Position numbers and translations under genes: made by a program. This document shows positions 1-9,677 of a stretch of 64,000 bases of DNA, in pieces (the stretch's first letter is position 1; every line of letters starts with the position of its first letter). Under the pieces are notes generated by a model. The model did no database searches. It saw nothing but the letters and a program-made list of their open reading frames with translations, and had not been told where the DNA came from. Source of the stretch: Candidatus Dormibacteria bacterium (GTDB taxonomy: Bacteria; Chloroflexota; Dormibacteria; Aeolococcales; Bog-877); contig JBOHUL010000083.1 of NCBI GenBank assembly GCA_050734425.1, positions 6,934 through 70,933 of the forward strand, written 5' to 3'.

Positions 1-1038
1 CGCGGAGGCTGGCTGCTGCAGGGGGAAGTGGCAGGCGGCCAGGTGGCCGCGGCCGAACGACCGAAGAGGTGGCTCTTCCTCCGCGCAGAGGTCCTGGGCT
101 CGAGGGCACCTGGTGCGAAAGCGGCACCCTGACGGGGGGTTCATCGCCGAGGGCAACTCACCCTTGACCGGGGAGATCTCCTTGCCACGTTCGCGTTTGG
201 GATCCGGCTCGGGGATGGCATGGATGAGGCCCAGGGTGTAGGGGTGGGCTGGCTTCTCATAGATGGACTGCGCCGGTGCGATCTCGACCAGCTTGCCGAG
301 GTACATCACCCCGATGCGATCCGAGAGGTACTTGACCACGGACAGGTCATGGGAGATGACTATGTAGGTCAGGCCGTGGGTGTTCTGCAGGCTGTTCATC
401 AGGTTCAGGATCTGAGAGCGGATCGACACGTCGAGGGCGGAGACCGGCTCGTCGGCGACGATCAGCTTGGGGTTGAGGGTCAGAGCCCGGGCCAAACCGA
501 TGCGCTGGCGCTGGCCGCCGGAAAACTCATGGGGGTACCGATCCACGGAGTTGGCGCTGAGCCCCACCTCTCGCAGGATCTGGCGCACCCGAGCTCCCTG
601 CTCCTCACGGGATCCGATCTTCTGGATGGCCAGTGGCTCGCGGATGATGGTCCCCACGCGCATCCTCGGGTCGAGCGAAGCATAGGGATCCTGGAACATA
701 AGCTGCAGGTCCCGCCGCTGGCGACGGAACTCCGAGCCCTTCATATGGTTGAGGATCTTGCCGTCGTACCAGATGTCTCCGGATGTGGGCTTCTCCAGTC
801 CCACGATCAACCGTCCGATGGTGGTCTTGCCGCACCCGGACTCCCCCACCAGCCCGAAGGTCTCACCCTTGGCGATGGCGAAGGACACGTCGGAGACCGC
901 CTTGACGCTTCCGATCTTTCGCTGCAGCACGGCGCCGGCCGTGACCGGGAACTCCTTGACCACGTTGCGGAGCTCAAGGAAGGAGGAGCCGTCTGGGCTT
1001 ACCGTGGGCGCGGGGGACTCAGCGGTGGTTGTGGCCAT
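1..1038 (-). CDS. Oligopeptide/dipeptide ABC transporter ATP-binding protein (OppF-like), 5' part complete, runs off window start
   Basis: The minus-strand frame stays open from the ATG at 1038 to position 1. Its translation has a Walker A ([13 protein letters not shown]), an LSGGQ signature (FSGGQRQR) and the Opp-type C-terminal motif GCRFRTRCP..AACHF. The plus-strand ORF 220..1716 is its shadow. Confidence 0.8.
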   Translation of the reverse strand, partial: MATTTAESPAPTVSPDGSSFLELRNVVKEFPVTAGAVLQRKIGSVKAVSDVSFAIAKGETFGLVGESGCGKTTIGRLIVGLEKPTSGDIWYDGKILNHMKGSEFRRQRRDLQLMFQDPYASLDPRMRVGTIIREPLAIQKIGSREEQGARVRQILREVGLSANSVDRYPHEFSGGQRQRIGLARALTLNPKLIVADEPVSALDVSIRSQILNLMNSLQNTHGLTYIVISHDLSVVKYLSDRIGVMYLGKLVEIAPAQSIYEKPAHPYTLGLIHAIPEPDPKRERGKEISPVKGELPSAMNPPSGCRFRTRCPRAQDLCAEEEPPLRSFGRGHLAACHFPLQQPASA

Positions 1039-1059
1039 CTCAGATCGAAAACGGGGACA

Positions 1060-2061
1060 TCAGCTGGCGGCTGCGACGCGGCTGGCCGAAGCTCGGCCTA
1101 CCGGGTTGAAGCACGCGTAGAGATGCTCCTGGGTCTGGCCCTCGAGTGGCGGCTCCTCCTCGGCGCAGCGGGCGGTGGCGTAGCGGCAACGGGGCTGGAA
1201 GCGGCAGAAGCTCGGCGGATGAGACAGGTCAGGAGGCAGACCGGGAATGCTGTAGAGCACTTGGGCCGCGTCCTGGGTCAGCCGCGGGATCGAGGCCAAG
1301 AGCGCTTCAGTGTAGGGGTGGCGCATGCTCTCGAAGAGTTCGGCGGTCGGCGCGGTCTCGACGATCTTGCCGGCGTACATCACGTTGACGCGGTCGGCGC
1401 GGCCGGCGATCACCCCCATGTCGTGGGTGATCAGCAGAACCGCCATCCCCAGCCGCTGCTTGAGGGAGTAGAGGAGCTCCAAGATCTGCAACTGGATGGT
1501 CACGTCCAGGGCAGTCGTCGGCTCGTCGGCGATCAGCAGCTTGGGATCGCAGGCGAGGGCCATGGCGATCATCACCCGCTGCCTCAGGCCCCCAGAGAGG
1601 TGATGGGGATAGTCCTTGAGGCGCTCCTTGGGCTTGGGCATCCCTACCAGCCCGAGCACCTCCCCCGCCCGGTCCATCGCCTCCTGCTTGTTGGCGTGAC
1701 GGTGGATGCGCACTGACTCGGCAATCTGGTTTCCGATGGTCATGGTGGGGTTGAGCGAGGTCATCGGGTCCTGGAAGATGACGGACACGTCGTTGCCGCG
1801 AACGTGGCGCATCGCCTTGTCCGGGAGCCCCACCAGCTCCCGTCCGTCCAGGCGGATGCTGCTCCCCGGGACCACGTATCCTCCCGGCGGCAGCAGATTC
1901 ATGATCGACATCCCGGTCATGGTCTTGCCGCAGCCGGACTCACCGACCAGGCCCAAGGTCTCGCCGGCTTCGATGTAGAGGGACACGCCATCGACGGCGT
2001 GAACTTCCCCCCTCCGCTGGCGGATCGAGGTCCGCAGATTGTCGATCTCGAGAAGTGGCAT
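1060..2061 (-). CDS. Oligopeptide/dipeptide ABC transporter ATP-binding protein (OppD-like)
   Basis: Within ORF 1060..2292 the homologous start is the ATG at 2061 (MPLLEIDNL...). The product has Walker A ([11 protein letters not shown]) and an ABC signature (LSGGLRQR) and ends [14 protein letters not shown], typical of OppD/DppD. Confidence 0.85.
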   Translation of the reverse strand: MPLLEIDNLRTSIRQRRGEVHAVDGVSLYIEAGETLGLVGESGCGKTMTGMSIMNLLPPGGYVVPGSSIRLDGRELVGLPDKAMRHVRGNDVSVIFQDPMTSLNPTMTIGNQIAESVRIHRHANKQEAMDRAGEVLGLVGMPKPKERLKDYPHHLSGGLRQRVMIAMALACDPKLLIADEPTTALDVTIQLQILELLYSLKQRLGMAVLLITHDMGVIAGRADRVNVMYAGKIVETAPTAELFESMRHPYTEALLASIPRLTQDAAQVLYSIPGLPPDLSHPPSFCRFQPRCRYATARCAEEEPPLEGQTQEHLYACFNPVGRASASRVAAAS

Positions 2062-2203
2062 GCTCTCGACTAGCCGTTGCTGGCAGCCCCGGGACCTCCC
2101 CGGAGCCAAGGTGCTCGGAGTATAGCCGCGCCCGGTGGTGGCCGTGGTTCCTCCTGGCAGGGGACCGACAGGCTCGATCACCCCGTATTGTCCAATTGAG
2201 ACC

Positions 2204-3178
2204 ATGAGCACCATCACGGCACCGCGCCGTCGCTCGCTACTGCGCCGACTCCTGCCCGCCCTCATCAGCCTCGCCTTCCTGGGGCTGATCATCGGTTACG
2301 CACGACCGCAGGATCTGGGTCACGCCCTGAGCCGCTTCCACCTCGCGTATCTGCCGCTGGTGCTGGCGCTGTCGATGGCGTATTACCTGCTCAAGGGCTA
2401 CCAGTGGCACCTCTTCCTCAAGCCTCTGAAGCTGGATCACGGCGCCATCGAGACGGTGCTCATATACCTGGCGGGGCAGCCCACCGCGATCCTGCCGCTG
2501 GGGGAGCTGAGCCGGGCGTTTCTCCTGCGCCAGCACGCCAGGGTCAGCCTGGGGGAGGTTTCGGCCACGGTTGTGGTCCAGGAGCTCCTCTATCCCATGG
2601 GGCTGGTGGCGGCGGCACTGCCAGGCGCCGGTCGCTTCCCGGGGGTCCAAGCGGCGGTGGTGCTGGCGCTGATCGCAATCTCCGGCATCTCCACAGTCCT
2701 TCTCTGGCCGCGAGCCTTCCGATTGGTTCTGGGCCTTGCGGTGCGGATTCGGCTGGTGCGCCGCTACTCCTCTGAGCTGGAGGCGCTGCACCGCGATGTG
2801 ATCTTCATCGCCCGGCGTCCGGCGACGTTGATGCCGGCCCTCCTGGGGCCGGTAGCGGCGGCGATCGCCATCGCCATGTTCTACTTCACCGCCCGCAGCG
2901 TCGGCGTCGAGATAGGCACCTATCAGATCGCCTTTGTCTATGCCGTCGCCCACCTGGCCGGCGGGGTCAGCCTGCTCCCGGGAGGAATCGGCGCCTATGA
3001 GGGTTCGATGACCTTCCTCCTGGTGGCCTTCGGGGTTGCGGCGCCGGTGGCGGCGGCGGTTGCGATCCTGAACCGCGCCTTCGACCGCCTGCTGGTGACG
3101 CTGGTGGGAACGGCCGTCTTCTTCGCCGCCAGGCGCCCACTGCACCTTAGGGGGGTCACCCTCCAGCCCGACCAATAG
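2204..3178 (+). CDS. Polytopic membrane protein, flippase-like/UPF0104 (lysylphosphatidylglycerol-synthase TM-region-like)
   Basis: ORF 2135..3178, with the probable start at the ATG at 2204 (MSTITAPRRRS). It has multiple hydrophobic helices and a C-terminal GGIGAYEG motif recalled from this family. Confidence 0.5.
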   Translation: MSTITAPRRRSLLRRLLPALISLAFLGLIIGYARPQDLGHALSRFHLAYLPLVLALSMAYYLLKGYQWHLFLKPLKLDHGAIETVLIYLAGQPTAILPLGELSRAFLLRQHARVSLGEVSATVVVQELLYPMGLVAAALPGAGRFPGVQAAVVLALIAISGISTVLLWPRAFRLVLGLAVRIRLVRRYSSELEALHRDVIFIARRPATLMPALLGPVAAAIAIAMFYFTARSVGVEIGTYQIAFVYAVAHLAGGVSLLPGGIGAYEGSMTFLLVAFGVAAPVAAAVAILNRAFDRLLVTLVGTAVFFAARRPLHLRGVTLQPDQ

Positions 3179-3220
3179 CGATAGGCTTGGCTGGGGTTGA
3201 GCTGAGTCGAGGAGGCTTAG

Positions 3221-4333
3221 ATGCAGGCGATCGTCACCACGCCCGGGAAGCAGGGAAGCGTCCGCCTGGGGCAGATCGAGCAGCCCTCCGGCCAAGGGAT
3301 GGTGGTGGGTGCCGACGGCAAGCCCGGGAAGGAGGTCCTGGTCGAGGTGGTCGAGGTCGGGGTCTGCGGCACCGACCTCGAGATCGCCAACGATGGCTAC
3401 GGAGCCGCGCCCACGGGTCGTGAGACGCTGGTCCTGGGCCACGAGAACCTGGGCCGCGTGGTCTCGGCTCCGGACGGCGTCGACCTCGCCCCGGGACAGC
3501 TGGTGGTGGCCACGGTGCGCCGCCCCTGCCCCGAGCGCTGTCCCCCCTGCGCCGCCGGTCAGAGCGACGACTGCCTGACCGGCAACTACACCGAACGGGG
3601 AATCAAGGGCCGGGACGGCTACATGGCCGAGCGCTACGTCGAGTCGGCCGACTACCTGATCCCGCTACCCAAGACCCTGAACCAGGTCGGCGTCCTGATG
3701 GAGCCCAGCAGCATCGTGGAGAAGGGTCTGATCCAAGCCTTCGCCATCCAGCGCCAGCGGATGCCCTGGGAGCCGCGCCAGGCCCTGGTCTGCGGAGCGG
3801 GCGCGGTGGGGCTCCTGGCCGCCATCTTCCTGCGCCTCCGCGACCTGGACGTCCATCTGGTGGCCAAGGCCGAGCCGGACTCCGCTCCGGCGCGTCTGGC
3901 CCAGGCGGTGGGGGCCAACCTGCTCGACGCCGACCAGCACCCGGTTGCCCAGCTGGGCCACGAGCTCGGGCACCTCGACCTCATCTTCGAGGCCACCGGG
4001 GCCTCGACCGTGGCCATGGACGCCATCGCCGCGACCGGCCACGACGGCGTCTGCTGCCTCAGCTCGGTCACGGCGGGCAGCCGCACCGTCTCCATCGACG
4101 CCGCCTCGCTCAACCTGGACATGGTCCTCGGCAACAAGCTGGTCTTCGGCACCGTCAATGCCAACCGCCGCCACTTCGAGGCAGCGGCTCGGATGCTGGG
4201 GGCGGCTGTGCGGAAGTGGCCCGGGGTCCTGGACCAGGTCATCACCCGCCGGGTCGACGCCGACCACTTCCAGGATGCCTTCAGCCGCCAGGTCCAGGAC
4301 ATCAAGACGGTGATCAGCTTCAGCGGAGGTTGA
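3221..4333 (+). CDS. Zn-dependent dehydrogenase, archaeal-type glucose 1-dehydrogenase family
   Basis: The 370-aa product carries GVCGTDLEI, LVLGHENLGRV and the structural-zinc Cys cluster RRPCPERCPPCAAGQSDDC, a pattern recalled from Sulfolobus/Thermoplasma glucose dehydrogenases. Confidence 0.6.
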   Translation: MQAIVTTPGKQGSVRLGQIEQPSGQGMVVGADGKPGKEVLVEVVEVGVCGTDLEIANDGYGAAPTGRETLVLGHENLGRVVSAPDGVDLAPGQLVVATVRRPCPERCPPCAAGQSDDCLTGNYTERGIKGRDGYMAERYVESADYLIPLPKTLNQVGVLMEPSSIVEKGLIQAFAIQRQRMPWEPRQALVCGAGAVGLLAAIFLRLRDLDVHLVAKAEPDSAPARLAQAVGANLLDADQHPVAQLGHELGHLDLIFEATGASTVAMDAIAATGHDGVCCLSSVTAGSRTVSIDAASLNLDMVLGNKLVFGTVNANRRHFEAAARMLGAAVRKWPGVLDQVITRRVDADHFQDAFSRQVQDIKTVISFSGG

Positions 4334-4338
4334 GCGGG

Positions 4339-5472
4339 ATGTTCCCTCAGTCACGGGGGCAATTCAGCCGCCAGGCGCACTGCGACCTGCCCGAGGGCAC
4401 CTACGAAGAGGAGTTCGGCCGCCAGGGCTTCTTCGGGCCCGCGTCGCACCTGTACCATGCCCACGCCCCAACCGAGTGGCTCCGGATCGAGGGCCCGCTG
4501 CGACCTCACGCCTACGACCTGCGCCAGGTCCGGGCCCAGGACCAGTCGGACGCCGGCGCTGCACCGACCCCGGTCCTGGGCAACCAGGACCTCCGGATCC
4601 ACGTCTCCCGCCGCACCGCGGCCATGCCCCACGCCTACCGCAACGCCGACAGCGATCTCATCTACTTCGTGCACCGGGGCGGGGGAGAGATGCGCACCGA
4701 CTTCGGCAGCCTCACCTACGAGCAGGGCGACTACCTGGTGCTGCCCCGGGGCACCACCCATCGCATCTTCCCCGAGGGCGGGGAGAGCTTCCTTCTGCTC
4801 ATCGCCGCGGCCGAGATGCCCCAGCTGCCCGGGGGGGACCGCATGGGCCAGCACTCGCCCTACGACCGGGCGGTGCTGCGCCTGCCGGAGATCCCCTTGG
4901 CCGACGGGCCGGCCAACGCCGACGGGGAGTGGGAGCTGGTGATCGAGCGCGAGGGTCAGTGGACGCGGGTCTTCTACCCCTTCGACCCCATCGACACCGT
5001 GGGCTGGAAGGGGGACCTCAGCGCCTTCGCCCTCAACGTAAGAGACATCCGCCCCGTCACCTCCGGCCGCTACCACCTGCCGCCCTCGGTCCACACCACC
5101 CTCAAGACCTCGGGCTTCGTGCTCTGCACCTTCTGTCCCAGGCGGGTCGAGGGGATCGACGACGAGGGGGCGGTCCGCCTGCCCTTCTACCACCGCAACA
5201 TCGACTACGACGAGGTGCTCTTCTACCACGCTGGTCAGTTCATGAGCCGGGCCGGGATCGACGCCGGGATGATGACGTGGCACCCGCAGGGGATCCACCA
5301 CGGGCCCCAGCCCAAGGCGGTGGAGCGCGACCAGCAGCGGACCAAGACCCACCACGACGAGGTCGCCGTGATGCTGGACGCGGTCCGCCCCCTGCACCCG
5401 CTGCCAGGCTCGGAGGGGGCCGAGATCCTGGAGTACGCCGAGTCCTGGATGCCCCATCTCGACGACGACTGA
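4339..5472 (+). CDS. hmgA: Homogentisate 1,2-dioxygenase
   Basis: ORF 4216..5472. A good SD (GGAGGT) precedes the ATG at 4339. The 377-aa product shows the cupin pattern of HGO (DSDLIYFVHRGGGEMRTDFG..LPRGTTHRIF) and a C-terminal FYHRN...HPQGIHHGP segment. Confidence 0.65.
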   Translation: MFPQSRGQFSRQAHCDLPEGTYEEEFGRQGFFGPASHLYHAHAPTEWLRIEGPLRPHAYDLRQVRAQDQSDAGAAPTPVLGNQDLRIHVSRRTAAMPHAYRNADSDLIYFVHRGGGEMRTDFGSLTYEQGDYLVLPRGTTHRIFPEGGESFLLLIAAAEMPQLPGGDRMGQHSPYDRAVLRLPEIPLADGPANADGEWELVIEREGQWTRVFYPFDPIDTVGWKGDLSAFALNVRDIRPVTSGRYHLPPSVHTTLKTSGFVLCTFCPRRVEGIDDEGAVRLPFYHRNIDYDEVLFYHAGQFMSRAGIDAGMMTWHPQGIHHGPQPKAVERDQQRTKTHHDEVAVMLDAVRPLHPLPGSEGAEILEYAESWMPHLDDD

Positions 5473-5481
5473 GGGTCCTCG

Positions 5482-6519
5482 GTGCGGCTGGCGACGGTAG
5501 GGGTTAGGGGACCGCTGGGGCTGACCGCCCGGGTGGTGGCCGAGGTCGCCGACTCCCTCTCTGGGACACCCCGCCTGATCGACGTCACCGCCGCCGCCGA
5601 GCTCCACTGGCTGAGACAGGGCTGCGAGGACCCCGGACGCTGGTCCAGAGCCACCTCCCCTCCCGACCTGGCGCTGCTGCTCAAGGGCGGCAGGCGGGCC
5701 CTGGAGCTGGCCCAAGAGGCGGTCCAGCTGGCGGCGCAGGAGCCGGAGGCGGCGCTGAGCCCCTCGGGCGGGCGCCTCCGCTACCGTCCCCAGGAGGTGG
5801 AGCGTCTGCCGCTGCTGCGGCCCCCGCTGCTGCGCGACTTCTATGCCTTCGAGGGGCATGTTGCCGCGGGGGCGGCCCGCCGGGGCGAGCCCATTCCCGA
5901 GCCCTGGTTCCGGCGGCCGGTGTACTACAAGGGCAACCCCGCCACCCTGCTGCCCCCGGGAGCTGAGGTGCCCTGGCCCAGCTACACCGACGCCCTCGAC
6001 TACGAGCTGGAGGTGGCCTGCGTCCTCGGCCAGGGGGGCCAGGACCTGGACCCGCGCCGGGCGAGCGCGGCCATCGCCGGGTACGCAGCCTTCTGCGACT
6101 TCTCTGCCCGGGACATCCAGGGTGAGGAGATGCAGGTCCGGTTGGGCCCCGCCAAGGCCAAGGACTTCGCCTCCGGGCTGGGGCCCTGGCTGGTCACCGC
6201 CGACGAGCTGGGCGACCCCTCTCAGCTCCTGGTCCGGGCCTTCCTCAACGGGGAGCAGGTGGCGGAGGCCAAGGTGGGTGAGGCGCGCTGGTCGTTTCCG
6301 GAGATGGTCGCCTACGCCTCGGGGGCGGAGCCGCTCCAGGCGGGCGAGGTGCTGGCCAGCGGCACCGTCACCGGTGGCAGCGGTCAGGAGCGGGGCCGGT
6401 TGCTGGAGCCGGGCGACCGGATCGAGTGCGAGCTGGAGGGGGCGGGACGGCTGGTGCACCAGATCGGGCCTCGCCATGGGGGTGGCGGAGGTACGGTCGC
6501 CCCTCCCCGGAAGGGCTGA
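5482..6519 (+). CDS. Fumarylacetoacetate hydrolase (FAH) family protein, likely the downstream step of homogentisate catabolism
   Basis: GTG start at 5482. The C-terminal half resembles FAH-fold hydrolases (PWPSYTDALDYELEVACVLG...ARD). It lies immediately after hmgA. Confidence 0.6.
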   Translation: MRLATVGVRGPLGLTARVVAEVADSLSGTPRLIDVTAAAELHWLRQGCEDPGRWSRATSPPDLALLLKGGRRALELAQEAVQLAAQEPEAALSPSGGRLRYRPQEVERLPLLRPPLLRDFYAFEGHVAAGAARRGEPIPEPWFRRPVYYKGNPATLLPPGAEVPWPSYTDALDYELEVACVLGQGGQDLDPRRASAAIAGYAAFCDFSARDIQGEEMQVRLGPAKAKDFASGLGPWLVTADELGDPSQLLVRAFLNGEQVAEAKVGEARWSFPEMVAYASGAEPLQAGEVLASGTVTGGSGQERGRLLEPGDRIECELEGAGRLVHQIGPRHGGGGGTVAPPRKG

Positions 6520-6589
6520 GAGGGGCGGCAGGATACAATCTGTCGCCCGGGCGGGCGCTCCTTACCGCTTCGGCTCTTGGAGGTAGGAA

Positions 6590-6886
6590 TTGGCCAGACG
6601 CTCGATGGGAAGGCGCCCCCGGCGCCGACCCTCGCGCCCCCGCGTCCCCCGGCCCACCCCCGTGGAGGAGCGCAAGGAGGAGACCATCGAGATCGAGGGC
6701 ACGGTCGTCGAGCCCCTGCCCAATGCCCAGTTCCGGGTCGAACTGCAGACGGGCCAGGTCATCCTCGCCTACATCTCCGGCAAGATGCGCAAGCACTACA
6801 TCCGCACCCTGATCGGAGACAAGGTCAAAGTCGAGCTCAGCCCCTACGACCTGACCCGGGGCCGGATCACCTTCCGCTACAAGTAG
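6590..6886 (+). CDS. infA: Translation initiation factor IF-1 with a 24-aa Arg/Pro-rich N-terminal extension
   Basis: The C-terminal 72 aa ([69 protein letters not shown]) is near-identical to canonical IF-1. The TTG at 6590 has GGAGGT 5 nt upstream, whereas the internal GTG at 6662 has no SD. Confidence 0.8.
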   Translation: MARRSMGRRPRRRPSRPRVPRPTPVEERKEETIEIEGTVVEPLPNAQFRVELQTGQVILAYISGKMRKHYIRTLIGDKVKVELSPYDLTRGRITFRYK

Positions 6887-6948
6887 CGCGCTCGGGGGGC
6901 GTCGCTCGGTAACGCTCTGTTGCCTGGCTCGCCCCTACAGTTGGCCGG

Positions 6949-8733
6949 ATGGGCGAGGGGACACCTCGGGGGTGGGGCCGGCGAGGTCGCCCGCCCCAGG
7001 GACGGCGGTCGGCCGGCGACCGCTGGCGGTTGGTTCCTGGGGAGAACGCGATCGACGCGCCGCAGTGGGCCGGAGGCATCCCCCAACAGGGGGGCGTGGC
7101 CCCGAGGCTCCGCCTGGGCCGCGGCCGCTGGTTCAACCTGCTCTGGCTTCTACCCCTGGGCCTGCTGGCGCTGGTCGTGGCGGTCGCCGCCGCCAAGGGG
7201 CTGCGCACCGAGCCGGCGGTCCAGCAGTTCATCCGGACCTTCCCCGGGACCGCGGCCGTCAGCCGGTCGGTGGCTGGGCTGGGCTTCCCCTGGTGGCTCC
7301 GCTGGCAGCATTTCCTCAACGCCCTGTTCATGGTCTTCATCGTCCGGGCCGGCTGGCAGATCGTCGCCGACCATCCGCGGCTCTACTGGACCCGCCACTC
7401 CACCCCGGGACGGGAGTGGCTGCGGTTCCAAAAGCCGGTTCCAGAGGACCCGCTCTGGACCGCCAAGCAGGACTCGATCGCCCTCCCCCGACACGTGGGC
7501 CTCCCTGGCCTGCGTCACTCCATCGGCCTGGCGCGCTGGTGGCATCTCTCTTTCGACATGCTCTGGTTGCTCAACGGCGCGCTCTTCTACGGCCTCATCT
7601 CTGCCACCGGTCAGTGGCAGCGCATCGTCCCCACGTCCTGGCAGGTGTTCCCCCAGGCGGCCTCGGCGTTGCTGCAATACCTGTCCCTGCAGTGGCCCGC
7701 CAACCACGGCTGGGTCGCCTACAACGGCCTGCAGCTGCTGGCCTATTTCGTCACCGTCTTCGTCGCCGCCCCGCTGGCGCTCCTGACCGGGCTCGGCATG
7801 TCTCCCGCTCTCTCTGCCAGGTTCCGGCTGGTCAGCTCGCCGCTCAGCATCCAGGTCGCCCGCTCGGTCCACTTTCTGGTGATGGTGTGGTTCGTAGTCT
7901 TCGTCGCGGTCCATATCGGCCTCGTCATGTCCACGGGCATCCAGGGCAACCTCAACCACATCTACACCGGCGTCAACTCGGGCGGCTGGGCCGGGGTCGG
8001 CCTCTTCTGCCTGTCGGTGTTGGTCGTCACCGCTGCCTGGCTGGTCGCGAGTCCCTTCACCCTGCGCCATCCGCGGGCGGTGCAGGCGATGGGTCAGCGC
8101 CTAGTCGGACCGCTGCAGCACCTCTTCGAGCATCTGGACCCGCGACCGGGGCAGTATTCGGAGAAGGACATCTCACCGTACTTCTGGCACAACGGCCAAT
8201 ATCCCAACTCGGACGAGTACCGGCGGCTGGAAGCGGGAAGCTTCGCCGCCTACCGGCTGCGGATCGGAGGCGCCGTCTCGCAACCCCAGGAGCTGGACCT
8301 GGATCAGATCCGGGCCCTCCCCTTCCACCAGCAGATCACGCAACACTTCTGCATCCAGGGCTGGTCCGGCGTGGCGCGCTGGGGTGGGGTGGCGATGAGC
8401 ACCATCGTCGAGCTGGTGCAGCCCGATCCCGAGGCCCGCTGGGTCGCCTTCTACTCGCTAGCCGACGGTCCGGACGGCGGCGCCTACTACGACGCCCACC
8501 CCATCGAGCACATGCGCCACCACCTCACCATGCTGGCGTACGAGATGAACGGCAAACCTCTGTCCTTTGGTCATGGCGCCCCGCTGCGCCTGCGCAACGA
8601 GCTGGAGCTGGGCTTCAAGCAGGTCAAGTGGATCCGGTCGATCGAGTTCCTGCGCCACTTTTCCGAGCTGGGCGGTGGCTTCGGCGGCTATAACGAGGAC
8701 CACGAGTTCTTCGGCTACCGCCAGACGATCTAG
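6949..8733 (+). CDS. Fusion of a b-type-cytochrome-like membrane domain with a molybdopterin oxidoreductase (sulfite-oxidase/MsrP-like) domain
   Basis: The N-terminal roughly 330 aa form several TM helices with conserved His (WQHFLNALF, VHFLVMVWFVVFVAVHIG). The C-terminal roughly 230 aa match the Mo-co oxidoreductase fold (FCIQGWSG...GAPLRLR..ELGFKQVKWIRSIEF). The start is uncertain. Confidence 0.6.
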   Translation: MGEGTPRGWGRRGRPPQGRRSAGDRWRLVPGENAIDAPQWAGGIPQQGGVAPRLRLGRGRWFNLLWLLPLGLLALVVAVAAAKGLRTEPAVQQFIRTFPGTAAVSRSVAGLGFPWWLRWQHFLNALFMVFIVRAGWQIVADHPRLYWTRHSTPGREWLRFQKPVPEDPLWTAKQDSIALPRHVGLPGLRHSIGLARWWHLSFDMLWLLNGALFYGLISATGQWQRIVPTSWQVFPQAASALLQYLSLQWPANHGWVAYNGLQLLAYFVTVFVAAPLALLTGLGMSPALSARFRLVSSPLSIQVARSVHFLVMVWFVVFVAVHIGLVMSTGIQGNLNHIYTGVNSGGWAGVGLFCLSVLVVTAAWLVASPFTLRHPRAVQAMGQRLVGPLQHLFEHLDPRPGQYSEKDISPYFWHNGQYPNSDEYRRLEAGSFAAYRLRIGGAVSQPQELDLDQIRALPFHQQITQHFCIQGWSGVARWGGVAMSTIVELVQPDPEARWVAFYSLADGPDGGAYYDAHPIEHMRHHLTMLAYEMNGKPLSFGHGAPLRLRNELELGFKQVKWIRSIEFLRHFSELGGGFGGYNEDHEFFGYRQTI

Positions 8734-9677
8734 CCCTTTCGCTCCCGGCGGCCCATGAACCAGATGGCCGTCTCCTTCAATCCCCGGGCGAGGTCGGTCT
8801 CCGCCTGCCAGCCCAGCTGAGTTCGGGCCAAGGAGGTGTCGAGGCAGCTGCGCTGCTGCTCCCCGGCCCGGGCCGGCCCGTGCCCTGGCGGGGGCAGGTC
8901 CAGGTCGGGGCGGAGGCTCTTAATCGCCCGCACCAGCTCCGCCGCCAGCTCCAGGACGGTGGTCTCCCGGCCGGTGCCTGCGTTGAAGGTGCCACCAGTT
9001 CCATCGAGGAGTCGGAGCAGCGCGTCGACCAGGTCCAGGACGAAGACGAAGTCGCGCGTCTGGCGACCGTCTCCGTTGATGAGGAGGGCCTGGCCCTGGA
9101 GCAGCCGCTTTAGGAAGATGGCCACCACTCCCGCCTCGCCGTCTGGGGCCTGGCGCGGCCCGTAGACGTTGGCTGGCCGCAGCACCGCCCCCTCCAGGCC
9201 GAAGCTCTCCCGGAAGGCGCTGAGGTAGGCCTCGGCCGCCGCCTTGGCTGCGCCGTAGGGTGAGGCGGGCCGCAGGGGGTGGGACTCCTCGGTCGGCACC
9301 AGCTGGGTGTCGCCGTAGATCGCCCCTCCGGTGGAGACGAAGACCACCCGCCGCACCGACGCCGCCACCGCCGCCCGCAGCAGCCGCACCGTCCCCAGCA
9401 CGTTGACCTCACCGTCCAGGAGCGGGTCTCGGACCGAGGCCCTGACGTCGATCTGAGCCGCCAGGTGATAGATCACCTCTGGACGCTCCGCTTCGACCAC
9501 CCGCCCGAGCCAGGGGCTGCGGATGTCGAGGCGGTGGAAGGCGACCTCCGGCCCCAGGCGCTGGCGTCGGCCGCTGCTGAGGTCGTCGACCACCGCGACT
9601 TGGTGTCCCTCTCGCAGCAGCCGGTCGCAGAGGTGGCTGCCGATGAACCCGGCGCCGCCCGTGACCAGGACCCTCAC
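8730..9677 (-). CDS. NAD-dependent epimerase/dehydratase (GalE family)
   Basis: Within ORF 8730..10331 the real start is the GTG at 9677 (VRVLVTGGAGFIGSHL, a Rossmann GxxGxxG motif). The product also has a YGAAK catalytic motif. The 5' part of the long ORF is low-complexity shadow. Confidence 0.8.
   Translation of the reverse strand: MRVLVTGGAGFIGSHLCDRLLREGHQVAVVDDLSSGRRQRLGPEVAFHRLDIRSPWLGRVVEAERPEVIYHLAAQIDVRASVRDPLLDGEVNVLGTVRLLRAAVAASVRRVVFVSTGGAIYGDTQLVPTEESHPLRPASPYGAAKAAAEAYLSAFRESFGLEGAVLRPANVYGPRQAPDGEAGVVAIFLKRLLQGQALLINGDGRQTRDFVFVLDLVDALLRLLDGTGGTFNAGTGRETTVLELAAELVRAIKSLRPDLDLPPPGHGPARAGEQQRSCLDTSLARTQLGWQAETDLARGLKETAIWFMGRRERKG

Noticed and set aside
220-1716. 498-aa ORF on the plus strand
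   Set aside because: It is the reverse complement of the OppF-like and OppD-like genes (Walker A readable on the minus strand).
4351-6477. 708-aa ORF on the minus strand
   Set aside because: Antisense to hmgA and the FAH hydrolase; a shadow frame.
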